Shown: positions 9,283 to 18,581, counted from the first letter of the stretch. The stretch is 64,000 bases of DNA from Anaerovoracaceae bacterium (GCA_963594055.1 CAVBDE010000001.1:10729-74728); one strand, 5' to 3'. Made by a program: numbers and translations. Notes: a model not told the origin generated them from the letters alone.

Positions 9283-11574
9283 ATGAAAAAGACCATTTTA
9301 CTGACGACCTTTGCGGCAGTGCTGCTTTCTTCCTGCAACGGCGGGAACAAGGTCGCTCCGGCCATCCCTCAGGACAAGGAGATGGAGGCGAAGATTGAAA
9401 AGATTCTCTCACGGATGAGCCTGGAGGAGAAGGTGGGCCAGATGACCCAGCTCACTTCCGGACCAGTCCTCATTCCGGGAACGAATCAGGTTTCCCCTCA
9501 GGGGGAGGAGCTGATGCGCAAATACAAGATAGGCTCCGTCCTCAACACGATGAACGACGTGGCCGATTCGGCAAGCTCCTACAGGGTGTTCATCAAACAG
9601 CTGCAGGACATCTCCCTGGACGAGACGGGAATCCCTTGTCTTTACGGCCTTGACCAGAATCACGGCGCTTCATACACGACGGGCGGAGTTCTCTTCCCTC
9701 AGGAGGTAAGTCTGGCGGCTTCGTTCAACGATGCGCTCGCTTATCAGATGGGTGAGGTCTGCGCTTATGAGACCCGCGCCTGCAATGTGCCGTGGGTGTT
9801 CAACCCGACCCTTGACCTCAGCCGCAACCAGCTCTGGCCGCGTATGTGGGAAAGTTTCGGCGAAGATCCGCTCGTGCAGACCCGTATGGGTGTGGCTCTG
9901 ACCAGAGGTTATCAGGGCGATGACCCGAATCATATCGACGGCTATCACGTGGCTGTCAGCATCAAGCACTTTATGGCTTACGGCGCTCCTGTTTCAGGAC
10001 AGGACCGCACTCCTTCGATGCTGAGCGACCGCGAGCTTAAGGAGAAGTATTTCTCTCCTTTCAAGGCCTGCATCGAAGCCGGCGCACTGACTCTTATGGT
10101 CAATTCGTCGAACAACGACGGCATTCCTTTCCATACGAACAAAAAGCTTCTCACCGGCTGGGTCAAGGAAGGCCTCAACTGGGACGGTATGATAGTTACC
10201 GACTGGGCTGACTGCCGCAACGTCTATGAGAGGGACCACACCGCATCCACCTACAAGGATGCCGTGTGCCAGACCATCAACGCCGGCGTGGATATGCTTA
10301 TGGAGCCTTACAGCGTGGAGGTATGCGACTATATGGTGGAGCTTGTCCACGAAGGCAAGATCGCCCAGAGCCGCATCGATGACGCCGTGCGCCGTATCCT
10401 CAGAGTCAAGTTCCGTCTCGGTCTGTTCGACGATCCTTACGGCACCAAATGCACTTACGAGGAGTTCGAGAGCCCTGAGCACGTGCAGACCGCCTACCGT
10501 GCGGCGCTCGAAAGCCAGGTGCTTCTGAAGAACGAGAACGACCTGCTTCCTCTTTCAAAGGACAGCCGGATTCTTCTGGTCGGCCCTAATGCCAATGCCA
10601 TGCGCCCTCTTGGCGGCGGCTGGTATTATTCCTGGCAGGGTGATGCCGGCAACCGTCCGGAATACACTGAGAAATACAACACTATCTGCGAGGCCCTGCA
10701 GAACAAGTTCCGCAGCGTGAAATATCTCCCTGTTCTCGAATATGACCCTAACGGCAATTTCGAGGCGGAGATCAGAAAGGACTACTCGGCAGCCGTGCGC
10801 GCAGCGGCGAATGCGGATGTGATCGTGGTTGCGGCCGGAGAGAACTCATACTGCGAGACCGTGGGCAACATCAACGACATCTCCCTGTCGGCTGCTCAGC
10901 GCGACCTCGTGAAGACATTGGCCAGAACCGGAAAGCCGGTGGTGCTCGTGCTCAACGAGGGCCGTCCGAGGGTGCTTAGTGACATCGAGCCTCTCGCCCG
11001 TGCGGTGGTCAGCGTGCTTCTGCCCGGCAATTACGGCGCGGACGCTCTCGCCACGCTTCTCTGCGGCGAGGAGAACTTCAGCGGCAAGCTGCCTTACACC
11101 TACCCTAAGTATGTGAACAGGCTCAACACCTATGACTACAAGCTTTGTGAGAACCGCGCCACGATGGGCGGCCTCTATAATTACGATGCCAATATCGAAA
11201 GCCAGTGGCCGTTCGGATACGGTCTGAGCTACACCACGTTCGAGTACTCGAATCTGCGTGTGGACAGAAAGGACTTCCGTGCGGGTGACATAATCAAGGT
11301 CAGCGTGGATGTGGAGAACACCGGTAAGGTTTCGGGCAAGGAAGCGGTGCTTCTGTACAGCTCCGACCTTTATGCGAGCCTGACCCCTGATGTGAAGAGA
11401 CTTCGCGACTTTACGAAGATAGAGCTCGCTCCGGGCGAGAAGAAGACCGTCGAGTTCTCACTGAAGGCCGAGGATCTGGCATTTGTGGACCACGATCTGA
11501 ACTGGACGCTCGAAGAGGGTGAGTTCAGATTGGCCTGCGGAAGCGAGTCGGTTGTCGTCAACTGCGTGAAATAG
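9283..11574 (+). CDS. GH3 beta-glucosidase, lipoprotein
   Basis: Lipobox LLSSCNG. GH3 motifs KHFMAYG and MIVTDWAD (nucleophile Asp context). About 763 aa with a C-terminal Fn3-like domain. Confidence 0.9.
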   Translation: MKKTILLTTFAAVLLSSCNGGNKVAPAIPQDKEMEAKIEKILSRMSLEEKVGQMTQLTSGPVLIPGTNQVSPQGEELMRKYKIGSVLNTMNDVADSASSYRVFIKQLQDISLDETGIPCLYGLDQNHGASYTTGGVLFPQEVSLAASFNDALAYQMGEVCAYETRACNVPWVFNPTLDLSRNQLWPRMWESFGEDPLVQTRMGVALTRGYQGDDPNHIDGYHVAVSIKHFMAYGAPVSGQDRTPSMLSDRELKEKYFSPFKACIEAGALTLMVNSSNNDGIPFHTNKKLLTGWVKEGLNWDGMIVTDWADCRNVYERDHTASTYKDAVCQTINAGVDMLMEPYSVEVCDYMVELVHEGKIAQSRIDDAVRRILRVKFRLGLFDDPYGTKCTYEEFESPEHVQTAYRAALESQVLLKNENDLLPLSKDSRILLVGPNANAMRPLGGGWYYSWQGDAGNRPEYTEKYNTICEALQNKFRSVKYLPVLEYDPNGNFEAEIRKDYSAAVRAAANADVIVVAAGENSYCETVGNINDISLSAAQRDLVKTLARTGKPVVLVLNEGRPRVLSDIEPLARAVVSVLLPGNYGADALATLLCGEENFSGKLPYTYPKYVNRLNTYDYKLCENRATMGGLYNYDANIESQWPFGYGLSYTTFEYSNLRVDRKDFRAGDIIKVSVDVENTGKVSGKEAVLLYSSDLYASLTPDVKRLRDFTKIELAPGEKKTVEFSLKAEDLAFVDHDLNWTLEEGEFRLACGSESVVVNCVK

Positions 11575-12214
11575 AGATAGGAGTCACATCCTCGTCATCA
11601 ACCTCTTCTTCCGGTTCGTTGAACGGCTGGAGGAAGGGGTTGTGGGTTCTTTCGTGGGCTATGCTGGTGCTGCCCGCGTGCCCCGGGAACACTTCGATGT
11701 CCCCGTCCAGGCCCATTATCGAATCCATTACCGAGACGATGAGCTTGTCATAGTCGCCGCCCGGAAGGTCTGTCCTGCCTATCGTGCCCGCGAACAGGGT
11801 GTCTCCCGAGAACAGTAGCTTGTCCGCCCTGTCCAGGTAGCATACGCCTCCCGGAGTGTGCCCCGGGGTGCTGATCACCTCCAGGTCCAGGCCCGCCAGA
11901 TGCAGGCTCTGACCGCCTTCCACCGGGATGTAGTCGAACTTTATGACGGGCATCTCTTTCGGGTCCATATACACCGGGATGTCCCAGCAGGCTTTAAGGA
12001 GCGGGATTCCGCAGGTGTGGTCCCTGTGCGCGTGGGTGAGAAGTATGGCCACCGGGGTCAGGCCGCCTGACTCCAGGTAGGATTTAACGCCGTCGAATTC
12101 CTGCCCTTCGGTGCATCCGGGATCTATTATTATGGCCTCGCGGGAGCCGCGGACATTGATTATCATCGTGTTCTCCTCGTAGGGATTGCACACGAATATT
12201 TTCAGGTCTGTCAT
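11558..12214 (-). CDS. MBL-fold metallo-hydrolase (glyoxalase II-like)
   Basis: THAHRDHTCG (HxHxDH) motif. ATG 12214 (MTDLKIFVCNPY...) was chosen because the upstream extension runs into the promoter region. Its 3' end overlaps the GH3 3' end by 17 nt (convergent). Confidence 0.8.
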   Translation of the reverse strand: MTDLKIFVCNPYEENTMIINVRGSREAIIIDPGCTEGQEFDGVKSYLESGGLTPVAILLTHAHRDHTCGIPLLKACWDIPVYMDPKEMPVIKFDYIPVEGGQSLHLAGLDLEVISTPGHTPGGVCYLDRADKLLFSGDTLFAGTIGRTDLPGGDYDKLIVSVMDSIMGLDGDIEVFPGHAGSTSIAHERTHNPFLQPFNEPEEEVDDEDVTPISISRS

Positions 12215-12232
12215 ATTCTGGCTTGTTTTAGG

Positions 12233-12240
12233 CAAAATTA
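12233..12240 (-). promoter_or_regulatory. Bacteroidota -7 box TAATTTTG (MBL hydrolase gene)
   Basis: Matches the TAnnTTTG consensus 18 nt upstream of ATG 12214. Confidence 0.4.
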
Positions 12241-12254
12241 AGAAAACTTTATTG

Positions 12255-12262
12255 TAAATTTG
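12255..12262 (+). promoter_or_regulatory. -7 box TAAATTTG (deoxynucleoside kinase 1)
   Basis: TAnnTTTG match 22 nt upstream of ATG 12285. Confidence 0.45.
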
Positions 12263-12284
12263 TCTGTTTTTAACATTCCCATTG

Positions 12285-12899
12285 ATGCATATAGGTATAG
12301 CCGGAAACATAGGGTGCGGGAAGACGACCCTCACGCGCAAGCTCGCGGAGTACTACAAATGGACTCCCCGCTTCGAATCGGTGACATATAATCCCTATCT
12401 CGAGGATTATTATGCCAACATCTCCAGATGGTCGTTCAATCTCGAAGTCTATTTCCTCGCCCAGCGTTTCAAGGACGTGCTGGAGATAGACCGCAGCGAC
12501 GAGGTCATCGTCCAGGACAGAACCATTATGGAGGGGGTCCAGATATTCGTGGCGAACAACTACAGGATGGGGAACCTGACGGACCGCGACTTCGAGACCT
12601 ATATGGATCTTTTCCGACTTATGATGTCCTTCGTGAAGGAGCCGGACCTGCTTATCTACATCCGCTCCAGCATCTCGCATCTGGTCTCGCAGATACAGAA
12701 GCGCGGCCGTGGCTACGAGCAGGATATGAGCATAGAATACCTGTCCGGCCTGAACGACCTGTACGAGAAATGGATAGGGGAGTACAAGGGCAGACTCATA
12801 ATAATAGACGGCGACAACCTCGATTTCGAGAACCGTCCGGAGGATTTCGCATCCATTACCGACAGGATTGACGCGGCCCTTTACGGATTATTCAAATAA
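12285..12899 (+). CDS. deoxynucleoside kinase, paralog 1
   Basis: MHIGIAGNIGCGKTTL P-loop, DRTI...E and QKRGRGYE motifs typical of the dAK/dGK/dCK family. ATG 12285 is preferred over TTG 12282. Confidence 0.85.
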   Translation: MHIGIAGNIGCGKTTLTRKLAEYYKWTPRFESVTYNPYLEDYYANISRWSFNLEVYFLAQRFKDVLEIDRSDEVIVQDRTIMEGVQIFVANNYRMGNLTDRDFETYMDLFRLMMSFVKEPDLLIYIRSSISHLVSQIQKRGRGYEQDMSIEYLSGLNDLYEKWIGEYKGRLIIIDGDNLDFENRPEDFASITDRIDAALYGLFK

Positions 12900-12904
12900 A
12901 TAAG

Positions 12905-12912
12905 TAAATTTG
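12905..12912 (+). promoter_or_regulatory. -7 box TAAATTTG (deoxynucleoside kinase 2)
   Basis: Octamer identical to the paralog-1 box, 20 nt upstream of ATG 12933. Confidence 0.45.
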
Positions 12913-12932
12913 TAGGCTAATATATTATCATT

Positions 12933-13565
12933 ATGCATATAGCTATCGCAGGAAATATAGGAAGTGGCAAGACCACCCTAACCAAGATGCTGGCAGCCCA
13001 TTACGGCTGGATTCCTAAATTCGAGTCAGTGGATTATAATCCTTATCTGGCTGATTTCTACGACGATATGTCGCGCTGGTCATTCAACCTGCAGATATAT
13101 TTCCTCAACAAGCGCTTCAAGGACGTGGTGGACATCTCCCGCACGGATGACGTCATCATCCAGGACAGGACCATCTATGAGGATGCGCGCATCTTCGCTC
13201 CGAACCTCCACGACATGGGGCTTATGAGTACCCGTGACTTTGAAAACTATTCGGATCTCTTCAATCTTATGATGTCGCTGGTGGGCAATCCTGACCTGCT
13301 CATCTATCTGCGCTCATCCATCCCGAACCTCGTGTCCCAGATACAGAAACGCGGCCGCGAGTACGAGAAGGGCATAAGAATTGATTATCTTACCGGACTT
13401 AACGAAAAATACGAAAACTGGATAAGCGGATATGACGGGAACCTTCTCGTGATAGACGCCGACCACATAAAGTTCGGAAACAGTCCGGAGGACTTTTCGA
13501 AAGTCACCGATATGATTGACGCCCAGCTTTATGGCCTGTTTTCAAATAACGAACAAAAATTATAG
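12933..13565 (+). CDS. deoxynucleoside kinase, paralog 2
   Basis: MHIAIAGNIGSGKTTL. Collinear with paralog 1 and roughly 60% identical by eye. Confidence 0.85.
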   Translation: MHIAIAGNIGSGKTTLTKMLAAHYGWIPKFESVDYNPYLADFYDDMSRWSFNLQIYFLNKRFKDVVDISRTDDVIIQDRTIYEDARIFAPNLHDMGLMSTRDFENYSDLFNLMMSLVGNPDLLIYLRSSIPNLVSQIQKRGREYEKGIRIDYLTGLNEKYENWISGYDGNLLVIDADHIKFGNSPEDFSKVTDMIDAQLYGLFSNNEQKL

Positions 13566-13569
13566 AACT

Positions 13570-15444
13570 ATGACAAAAAGAACTACCATTATTGACTTCG
13601 TAAACGAGTATGTGGACAAGTATCAGAACGATACATATCTGCGTGAGAAAGTTGATGGCGTTTGGACTGAAACTTCCTACCTCAAGACCCGTGAAGAAGC
13701 TAAACTGCTTGCAGCAGGATTCATGGCCCTTGGCCTGAACAAGGGCGACAAGGTATCATTGATCGCTGAAGCGCGTCCGCTGTGGGTGATCACCGAATTC
13801 GGTATCCTCTTCGCCGGCGGCGTGGACGTGCCTCTTTCATATAAGCTCGAATCCGATTACGACCTCACATTCCGCATCAACCACTCCGATTCGCGTTTCC
13901 TCGTGGCTTCCGAGATGGAGATCCAGAAGGTCCGCCGAGTGATCGGCCAGTGCAAGGCCATTGAGAAAGTCATCGTGATGGACGACATTCCTCTCGAGGA
14001 GGGCGAAATGTCCATTAAGGAGATCCGCGAGATGGGCGTCAAGTTCATCGAAGAGCATCCGGGCCTTCTCGAGGAGAGAATGGCATCCGTCGGACCTGAC
14101 GACTATGCCAATATCAGCTACACTTCCGGCACCACAGCCGACCCCAAGGGCATTCTCCTCACCCACCGCAACTACACTGCCAACGTCGCGCAGGGCGCAT
14201 CCGTGATCAACATCGCCCGCGGGGACATAATGCTTATCATCCTCCCTATGGACCACTGCTTCGCGCACGTGGCCGGACTCTATACGATGATGAGCTACGG
14301 CGGAAGCATCGCCACCGTTCCGGGCAAGACCCCTCAGGCGCAGCTCCGCAACATCATCCCATCGATGAAGGAAGTGCATCCTAACGTGATGCTTACCGTG
14401 CCTGCCATCAGCCGCAGCTTCAAGAAAGCCATCGAAAGCGGCATCAGAGCCAAGGGCAAGACCACCGAGAAGCTCTACAACATCGCTCTCAGGAATGCCA
14501 AGGCATACTACAAGGACTATTACAACCAGGGCGGCGCACAGTTCTGGAGAAAGCCTTTCGTCAAACTCTTCGACAAAATCCTCTTCTCCAAGGTGCGCGA
14601 GACCTTCGGCGGCAAGATGAAATTCTGCGTCGGCGGAGGCGCTCTTCTCGACATCGAGCTCCAGAGATACTTCTGCGCCATCGGAATGCCTACCTTCCAG
14701 GGATACGGACTTTCCGAGGCTACGCCTATCATCTGTGCCAATTCTGCGGGCCACGCCCGTTTCGGCTCGTCCGGACGTATCGTCAGCCCTATGGAATGCA
14801 CCATCCGCGACGACGAGAACAATATTCTGCCTAACGGACAGACAGGCGAGATCGTGATCAAGGGCGAGAACGTGATGGCCGGCTACTGGAAGAACCCTGA
14901 GGCTACGGCCGAGACCGTCGTGGACGGCTGGCTCCATACCGGAGACCGCGGATACATCTGCAAGGAAGACCCCAAGTATCTGTACGTTACAGGACGCTTC
15001 AAGAGCCTTCTCATCTCTTCCGACGGCGAGAAATATTCTCCTGAAGGATACGAGGACAACCTCGCGGTCATCTCGAAGTATATAGACAATGTGATTCTGC
15101 ACAACAACCAGAGCCCTTACACCATCGTGCTGGTGGTTCCTAACAAGGAGGCCCTCAAGGCGGCCGCACCTGGCGACAAGGAGGAGCAGCTCCGCCTTAT
15201 CCAGAAGGACGTGGACGTTTACCGCAAGGGCGGCAGCCACGCCGGACAGTTCCCTGAGAAGTGGCTTCCTGCAGCCATCGTGGTCTGCGAAGAGCCTTTC
15301 ACAGAGAAAAACGGTCTGGTGAACTCCACGAACAAGGTTGTCCGCGGCAAGGTCGAGGCTCATTTCGCCAAGCGCATAGAATATGCATATACGCCTGAAG
15401 GAAAGCAGCTTATCAACCCGCAGAACCTCGCGGCGCTTGACTAG
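13570..15444 (+). CDS. AMP-dependent (long-chain) acyl-CoA synthetase/ligase
   Basis: AMP-binding motif SYTSGTTADPKGILLTH, QGYGLSE, GWLHTGDRG. ATG 13570 (MTKRTTIIDF) was chosen; the track start at 13516 overlaps the upstream kinase gene. Confidence 0.85.
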   Translation: MTKRTTIIDFVNEYVDKYQNDTYLREKVDGVWTETSYLKTREEAKLLAAGFMALGLNKGDKVSLIAEARPLWVITEFGILFAGGVDVPLSYKLESDYDLTFRINHSDSRFLVASEMEIQKVRRVIGQCKAIEKVIVMDDIPLEEGEMSIKEIREMGVKFIEEHPGLLEERMASVGPDDYANISYTSGTTADPKGILLTHRNYTANVAQGASVINIARGDIMLIILPMDHCFAHVAGLYTMMSYGGSIATVPGKTPQAQLRNIIPSMKEVHPNVMLTVPAISRSFKKAIESGIRAKGKTTEKLYNIALRNAKAYYKDYYNQGGAQFWRKPFVKLFDKILFSKVRETFGGKMKFCVGGGALLDIELQRYFCAIGMPTFQGYGLSEATPIICANSAGHARFGSSGRIVSPMECTIRDDENNILPNGQTGEIVIKGENVMAGYWKNPEATAETVVDGWLHTGDRGYICKEDPKYLYVTGRFKSLLISSDGEKYSPEGYEDNLAVISKYIDNVILHNNQSPYTIVLVVPNKEALKAAAPGDKEEQLRLIQKDVDVYRKGGSHAGQFPEKWLPAAIVVCEEPFTEKNGLVNSTNKVVRGKVEAHFAKRIEYAYTPEGKQLINPQNLAALD

Positions 15445-15472
15445 TAAGTAAAATAACACTAGAATAAACAAA

Positions 15473-16726
15473 ATGTCAACAGTTACTAAAAAACAGAACT
15501 ACACCCCGGCTATCGTGGTGATGTTCGCACTCTTCTTTATGATCGCATTCGTCACGAACCTCGCAGGTTCAATGGGTGTGGTCGTTACAAATCAGTTCGG
15601 AGCCAGCAAGGCTCTGTCACAGCTTGGTACACTTGCCAACTTCATCGCATATGCTTGTATGGGTATACCCGGAGGTATCATCCTCAAGCGCAAGGGCTAC
15701 AAGTTCACTTCGCTTCTCGCAGTCGTAATCGGACTTGTGGGCGTCGCCATCCAGTTCATCTCCGGCTATGCCGAGAGCTTCGGCGTGTATGTGGCCGGCG
15801 CGTTCATCGCAGGCTTCTCAATGTGCCTTCTGAACATCTGCGTGAACCCTATGCTCAACACCCTCGGCGGTGGCGGAAACAAGGGTAACCAGCTCGTTCA
15901 GTTCGGCGGTTCCTGCAACTCCATCGGAGGCACCATCGCTCCGTTCCTGGTAGGCTGGCTCGTGGGCGGTTCCATTCAGGACGCTACCGTGGCCAAGGCC
16001 GCTCCGGTTATGATTATCGCGATGATCATCTTCGCCCTCGCGTTCGTGGTCATCACATTCACCGAGATTCCTGAGCCTCATATGGAGACAGCCGAGGAGA
16101 AGGCTGCACGCAAGGCCGGCACAGTGAAGAAGGACAAGTATTCTCCTCTTTCATTCCGCCATTTCGTGCTCGGCGCCATCGCCATCTTCTTCTATGTCGG
16201 CATCGAGGTCGGCATCCCTAACACAGCCAATGTCTATTTCTCAGGCATTCTCAGCCCTGCAGTCGTAGGTACATTCATCAGCGCATACTGGCTCTGCATG
16301 CTCTTCGGCCGTCTGATCGGCGGTGCAGTGGGAGCGAAGGTCAGCAGCCGCACGATGCTTCTGGCCACCGCGTCATTGGCAGTGGTTCTGGTATGCGGCA
16401 TCATCTTCATCCCGGAGAGCGTTGTCATCAACGGTCTGCCTGTGGCTCTGTTTCTGGTATCGGCCTGCGGATTCTGCACCTCAGTTATGTGGGGCGCCAT
16501 CTTCAATCTGGCAGCTGACGGACTTGGCAAGTACACTGCAGCCGCTTCCGGCATCTTTATGGCTCTCGTCTGCGGCGGCGGTATCATTCCGTTCGTGCAG
16601 AACGCCATTGCGGACAAGGTCGGCTCGCTTTCAAGCTATGTCCTTCTGATAGTCTGCCTGGCATACCTCATTTACTATGCGGCATCAGGCAGCAAGAACG
16701 TGAACAAGAACATTCCTGTAGAGTAA
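15473..16726 (+). CDS. MFS sugar transporter (glucose/galactose or fucose permease type)
   Basis: About 12 predicted TM helices with a central charged loop (ETAEEKAARKAGTVKKDKYS). N-terminus resembles the GluP/FucP family. A glucokinase gene follows. Confidence 0.8.
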   Translation: MSTVTKKQNYTPAIVVMFALFFMIAFVTNLAGSMGVVVTNQFGASKALSQLGTLANFIAYACMGIPGGIILKRKGYKFTSLLAVVIGLVGVAIQFISGYAESFGVYVAGAFIAGFSMCLLNICVNPMLNTLGGGGNKGNQLVQFGGSCNSIGGTIAPFLVGWLVGGSIQDATVAKAAPVMIIAMIIFALAFVVITFTEIPEPHMETAEEKAARKAGTVKKDKYSPLSFRHFVLGAIAIFFYVGIEVGIPNTANVYFSGILSPAVVGTFISAYWLCMLFGRLIGGAVGAKVSSRTMLLATASLAVVLVCGIIFIPESVVINGLPVALFLVSACGFCTSVMWGAIFNLAADGLGKYTAAASGIFMALVCGGGIIPFVQNAIADKVGSLSSYVLLIVCLAYLIYYAASGSKNVNKNIPVE

Positions 16727-16733
16727 TAAATTG

Positions 16734-17702
16734 ATGATAAGTATGGAAAAGCAATATGTACTGGGCGTGGATGTCGGTGGACAGACCGCCAAGCTCGGCA
16801 TCGTGGATGCCCGCGGAGACGTGCTTATTCAGAGCGTGATCAGGACGGACTGTCACGATGACGCACCTTCGTTCATCAAGGCATTGGCAGCGGCCATCAA
16901 GGACCTTATCGCCAAGTCAGGCAAGGAGGGTCAGCTGCGCGGAGTCGGAGTCGGCGCCCCTAACGGCAACTACTACACTGGAGTGATCGCTTTCGCACCG
17001 AACCTCGTGTGGGCTGCCAAGCAGAGCGTGCCTTTCGCCAAACTGCTCAGCGCCGAACTCGAGGGACTTCCTGTGGCTCTTACCAATGATGCCAACGCTG
17101 CGGCCGTGGGCGAGATGACCTACGGCGTGGCCAAGGGAATGAAGCACTTTATAATGATCACCCTCGGAACCGGCGTGGGAAGCGGCATCGTCATCAACGG
17201 CGAGGTCCTCTACGGAAGCGACGGTTTCGCCGGAGAACTCGGACACACCTGCGCCATCCGTCACAACGGACGTCAGTGCGGCTGCGGCAAGTTCGGCTGT
17301 CTGGAGACATACTGCTCGGCTACCGGCGTGGCGCGTACCGCCCGCGAATGGCTCGAGCTTTCCAATGAGCCTTCGCTTCTGCGCTCCATCGAGAAGATCA
17401 CCTCGAAGGATGTTTACGAGGCGGCCAAGGAAGGCGACGCGCTCGCAAAGCGCGTGTTCGACTACACCGGACGCATACTCGGCGAGAAACTGGCCGACTT
17501 CATAGAATTCTCCGCTCCTGAGGCCATCGTTCTCTTCGGAGGGCTCGCCCGTGCGAAGGAATTCATCTATGAGCCTACCTTCAACGCGATGAACGAGAAT
17601 GTCCTGCCTCTGTGGAAGAACAAGGTGGACCTGCTCTTCTCTCAGCTGAAGGAGTCCGACGCGGCCATCCTGGGTGCATCCGCACTTGCTTGGGAACTTT
17701 AA
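16734..17702 (+). CDS. ROK-family glucokinase
   Basis: LGVDVGGQTAKLG ATP-binding start, GELGH, Zn motif CGCGKFGCLE. Alternative start at ATG 16743. Confidence 0.85.
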   Translation: MISMEKQYVLGVDVGGQTAKLGIVDARGDVLIQSVIRTDCHDDAPSFIKALAAAIKDLIAKSGKEGQLRGVGVGAPNGNYYTGVIAFAPNLVWAAKQSVPFAKLLSAELEGLPVALTNDANAAAVGEMTYGVAKGMKHFIMITLGTGVGSGIVINGEVLYGSDGFAGELGHTCAIRHNGRQCGCGKFGCLETYCSATGVARTAREWLELSNEPSLLRSIEKITSKDVYEAAKEGDALAKRVFDYTGRILGEKLADFIEFSAPEAIVLFGGLARAKEFIYEPTFNAMNENVLPLWKNKVDLLFSQLKESDAAILGASALAWEL

Positions 17703-17717
17703 ATTTTTTAAAACAAT

Positions 17718-18518
17718 ATGAAGATTTACAAATTGTTCGTAGCCCTTACAATGGGCGTGTGCGCAGTAGCCTGCAACTCTACCAAGTCCGAGGCTCCTGC
17801 AGAAGGGGATGAGGCGACTTCAGAAGTAATCCCTGAGGAGAAGACCGCGAAGGATTTTCTCCCTTCAAAGAAAGAGGTCAAGGACGTAAGCTACCTGGTA
17901 GGTGTGAACTTCGGTTCATTCATCAAGGGTTATAACTTCGGTGATCTGGATATGGCTCAGATCCGCAAGGGTATGGAGGATTTCATCAATGCCAAGCAGA
18001 ACAACGATCCTGACGAGTTCGCAAAGCAGTTCCGTGTGGATCCTAACACGATGAACGAGTTGTTCAACAACTACCTTAAGAACAGACGCGACTACACCGT
18101 TTATTCCAACAAGGAAAAGCAGGAGAAATTCCTCGCCAAGAATGCGAAGAAGGACGGCGTTCAGATCACTCCTTCAGGACTTCAGTACAAGATCATCTCA
18201 GAAGGCAACGAGGTTCATCCTGAACCTAAGGATACCGTATGGGCACAGTACAAGGGCTCTCTTCTCGACGGCACCGTATTCGATGAGACTACCGAGGAGA
18301 CCGGTTCAAGGAAGTTCACCCTCAATTCTGTGATTGCAGGATGGAAGGAAGGTCTTGCACTTATCGGCGAAGGCGGTGAGATCGAACTTTATGTTCCTTA
18401 CCAGCTCGGTTACGGTGAGAACGGCAACCGTTCAATCGGCCCTGCAGAGACCCTCATCTTCAACATCAGCCTCGAGAAGGTCGGCAAGTTCGTCCCTAAG
18501 CCTGAGGAGAAGAAATAA
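17718..18518 (+). CDS. FKBP-type peptidyl-prolyl cis-trans isomerase, lipoprotein
   Basis: Lipobox AVACNS. FKBP_N-like helix region followed by GLQYKII...YKGSLLDGTVFDE...VIAGWKEGL...YVPYQLGYGENG. Confidence 0.9.
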   Translation: MKIYKLFVALTMGVCAVACNSTKSEAPAEGDEATSEVIPEEKTAKDFLPSKKEVKDVSYLVGVNFGSFIKGYNFGDLDMAQIRKGMEDFINAKQNNDPDEFAKQFRVDPNTMNELFNNYLKNRRDYTVYSNKEKQEKFLAKNAKKDGVQITPSGLQYKIISEGNEVHPEPKDTVWAQYKGSLLDGTVFDETTEETGSRKFTLNSVIAGWKEGLALIGEGGEIELYVPYQLGYGENGNRSIGPAETLIFNISLEKVGKFVPKPEEKK

Positions 18519-18535
18519 TCTCTCACTGATTCACT

Positions 18536-18567
18536 AAAAAAGCCGGAGCTTTCGCCCCGGCTTTTTT
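18536..18567. terminator. bidirectional intrinsic terminator between convergent FKBP and SIMPL genes
   Basis: AAAAA-AGCCGGAGC-TTTC-GCCCCGGCT-TTTTTT. The GC-rich stem is flanked by an A-tract and a T-tract. Confidence 0.8.
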
Positions 18568-18581
18568 AGTTCGCCAACCAG

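Noticed and set aside
13837-15471. Very long antisense ORFs. Examples: 544 aa at 13837-15471(-), 399 aa at 5501-6700(-), 475 aa at 54359-55786(-), 429 aa at 59380-60669(+), 388 aa at 61416-62582(+), 360 aa at 35802-36884(-), and 340 aa at 29485-30507(-) and 40710-41732(-).
   Set aside because: Each lies entirely opposite a gene with unmistakable family motifs. Their translations are Arg/His/Gly/Ala/Val-rich and low in complexity. None has its own promoter box or sensible boundaries. Long stop-free antisense frames are expected in GC3-biased coding sequence.
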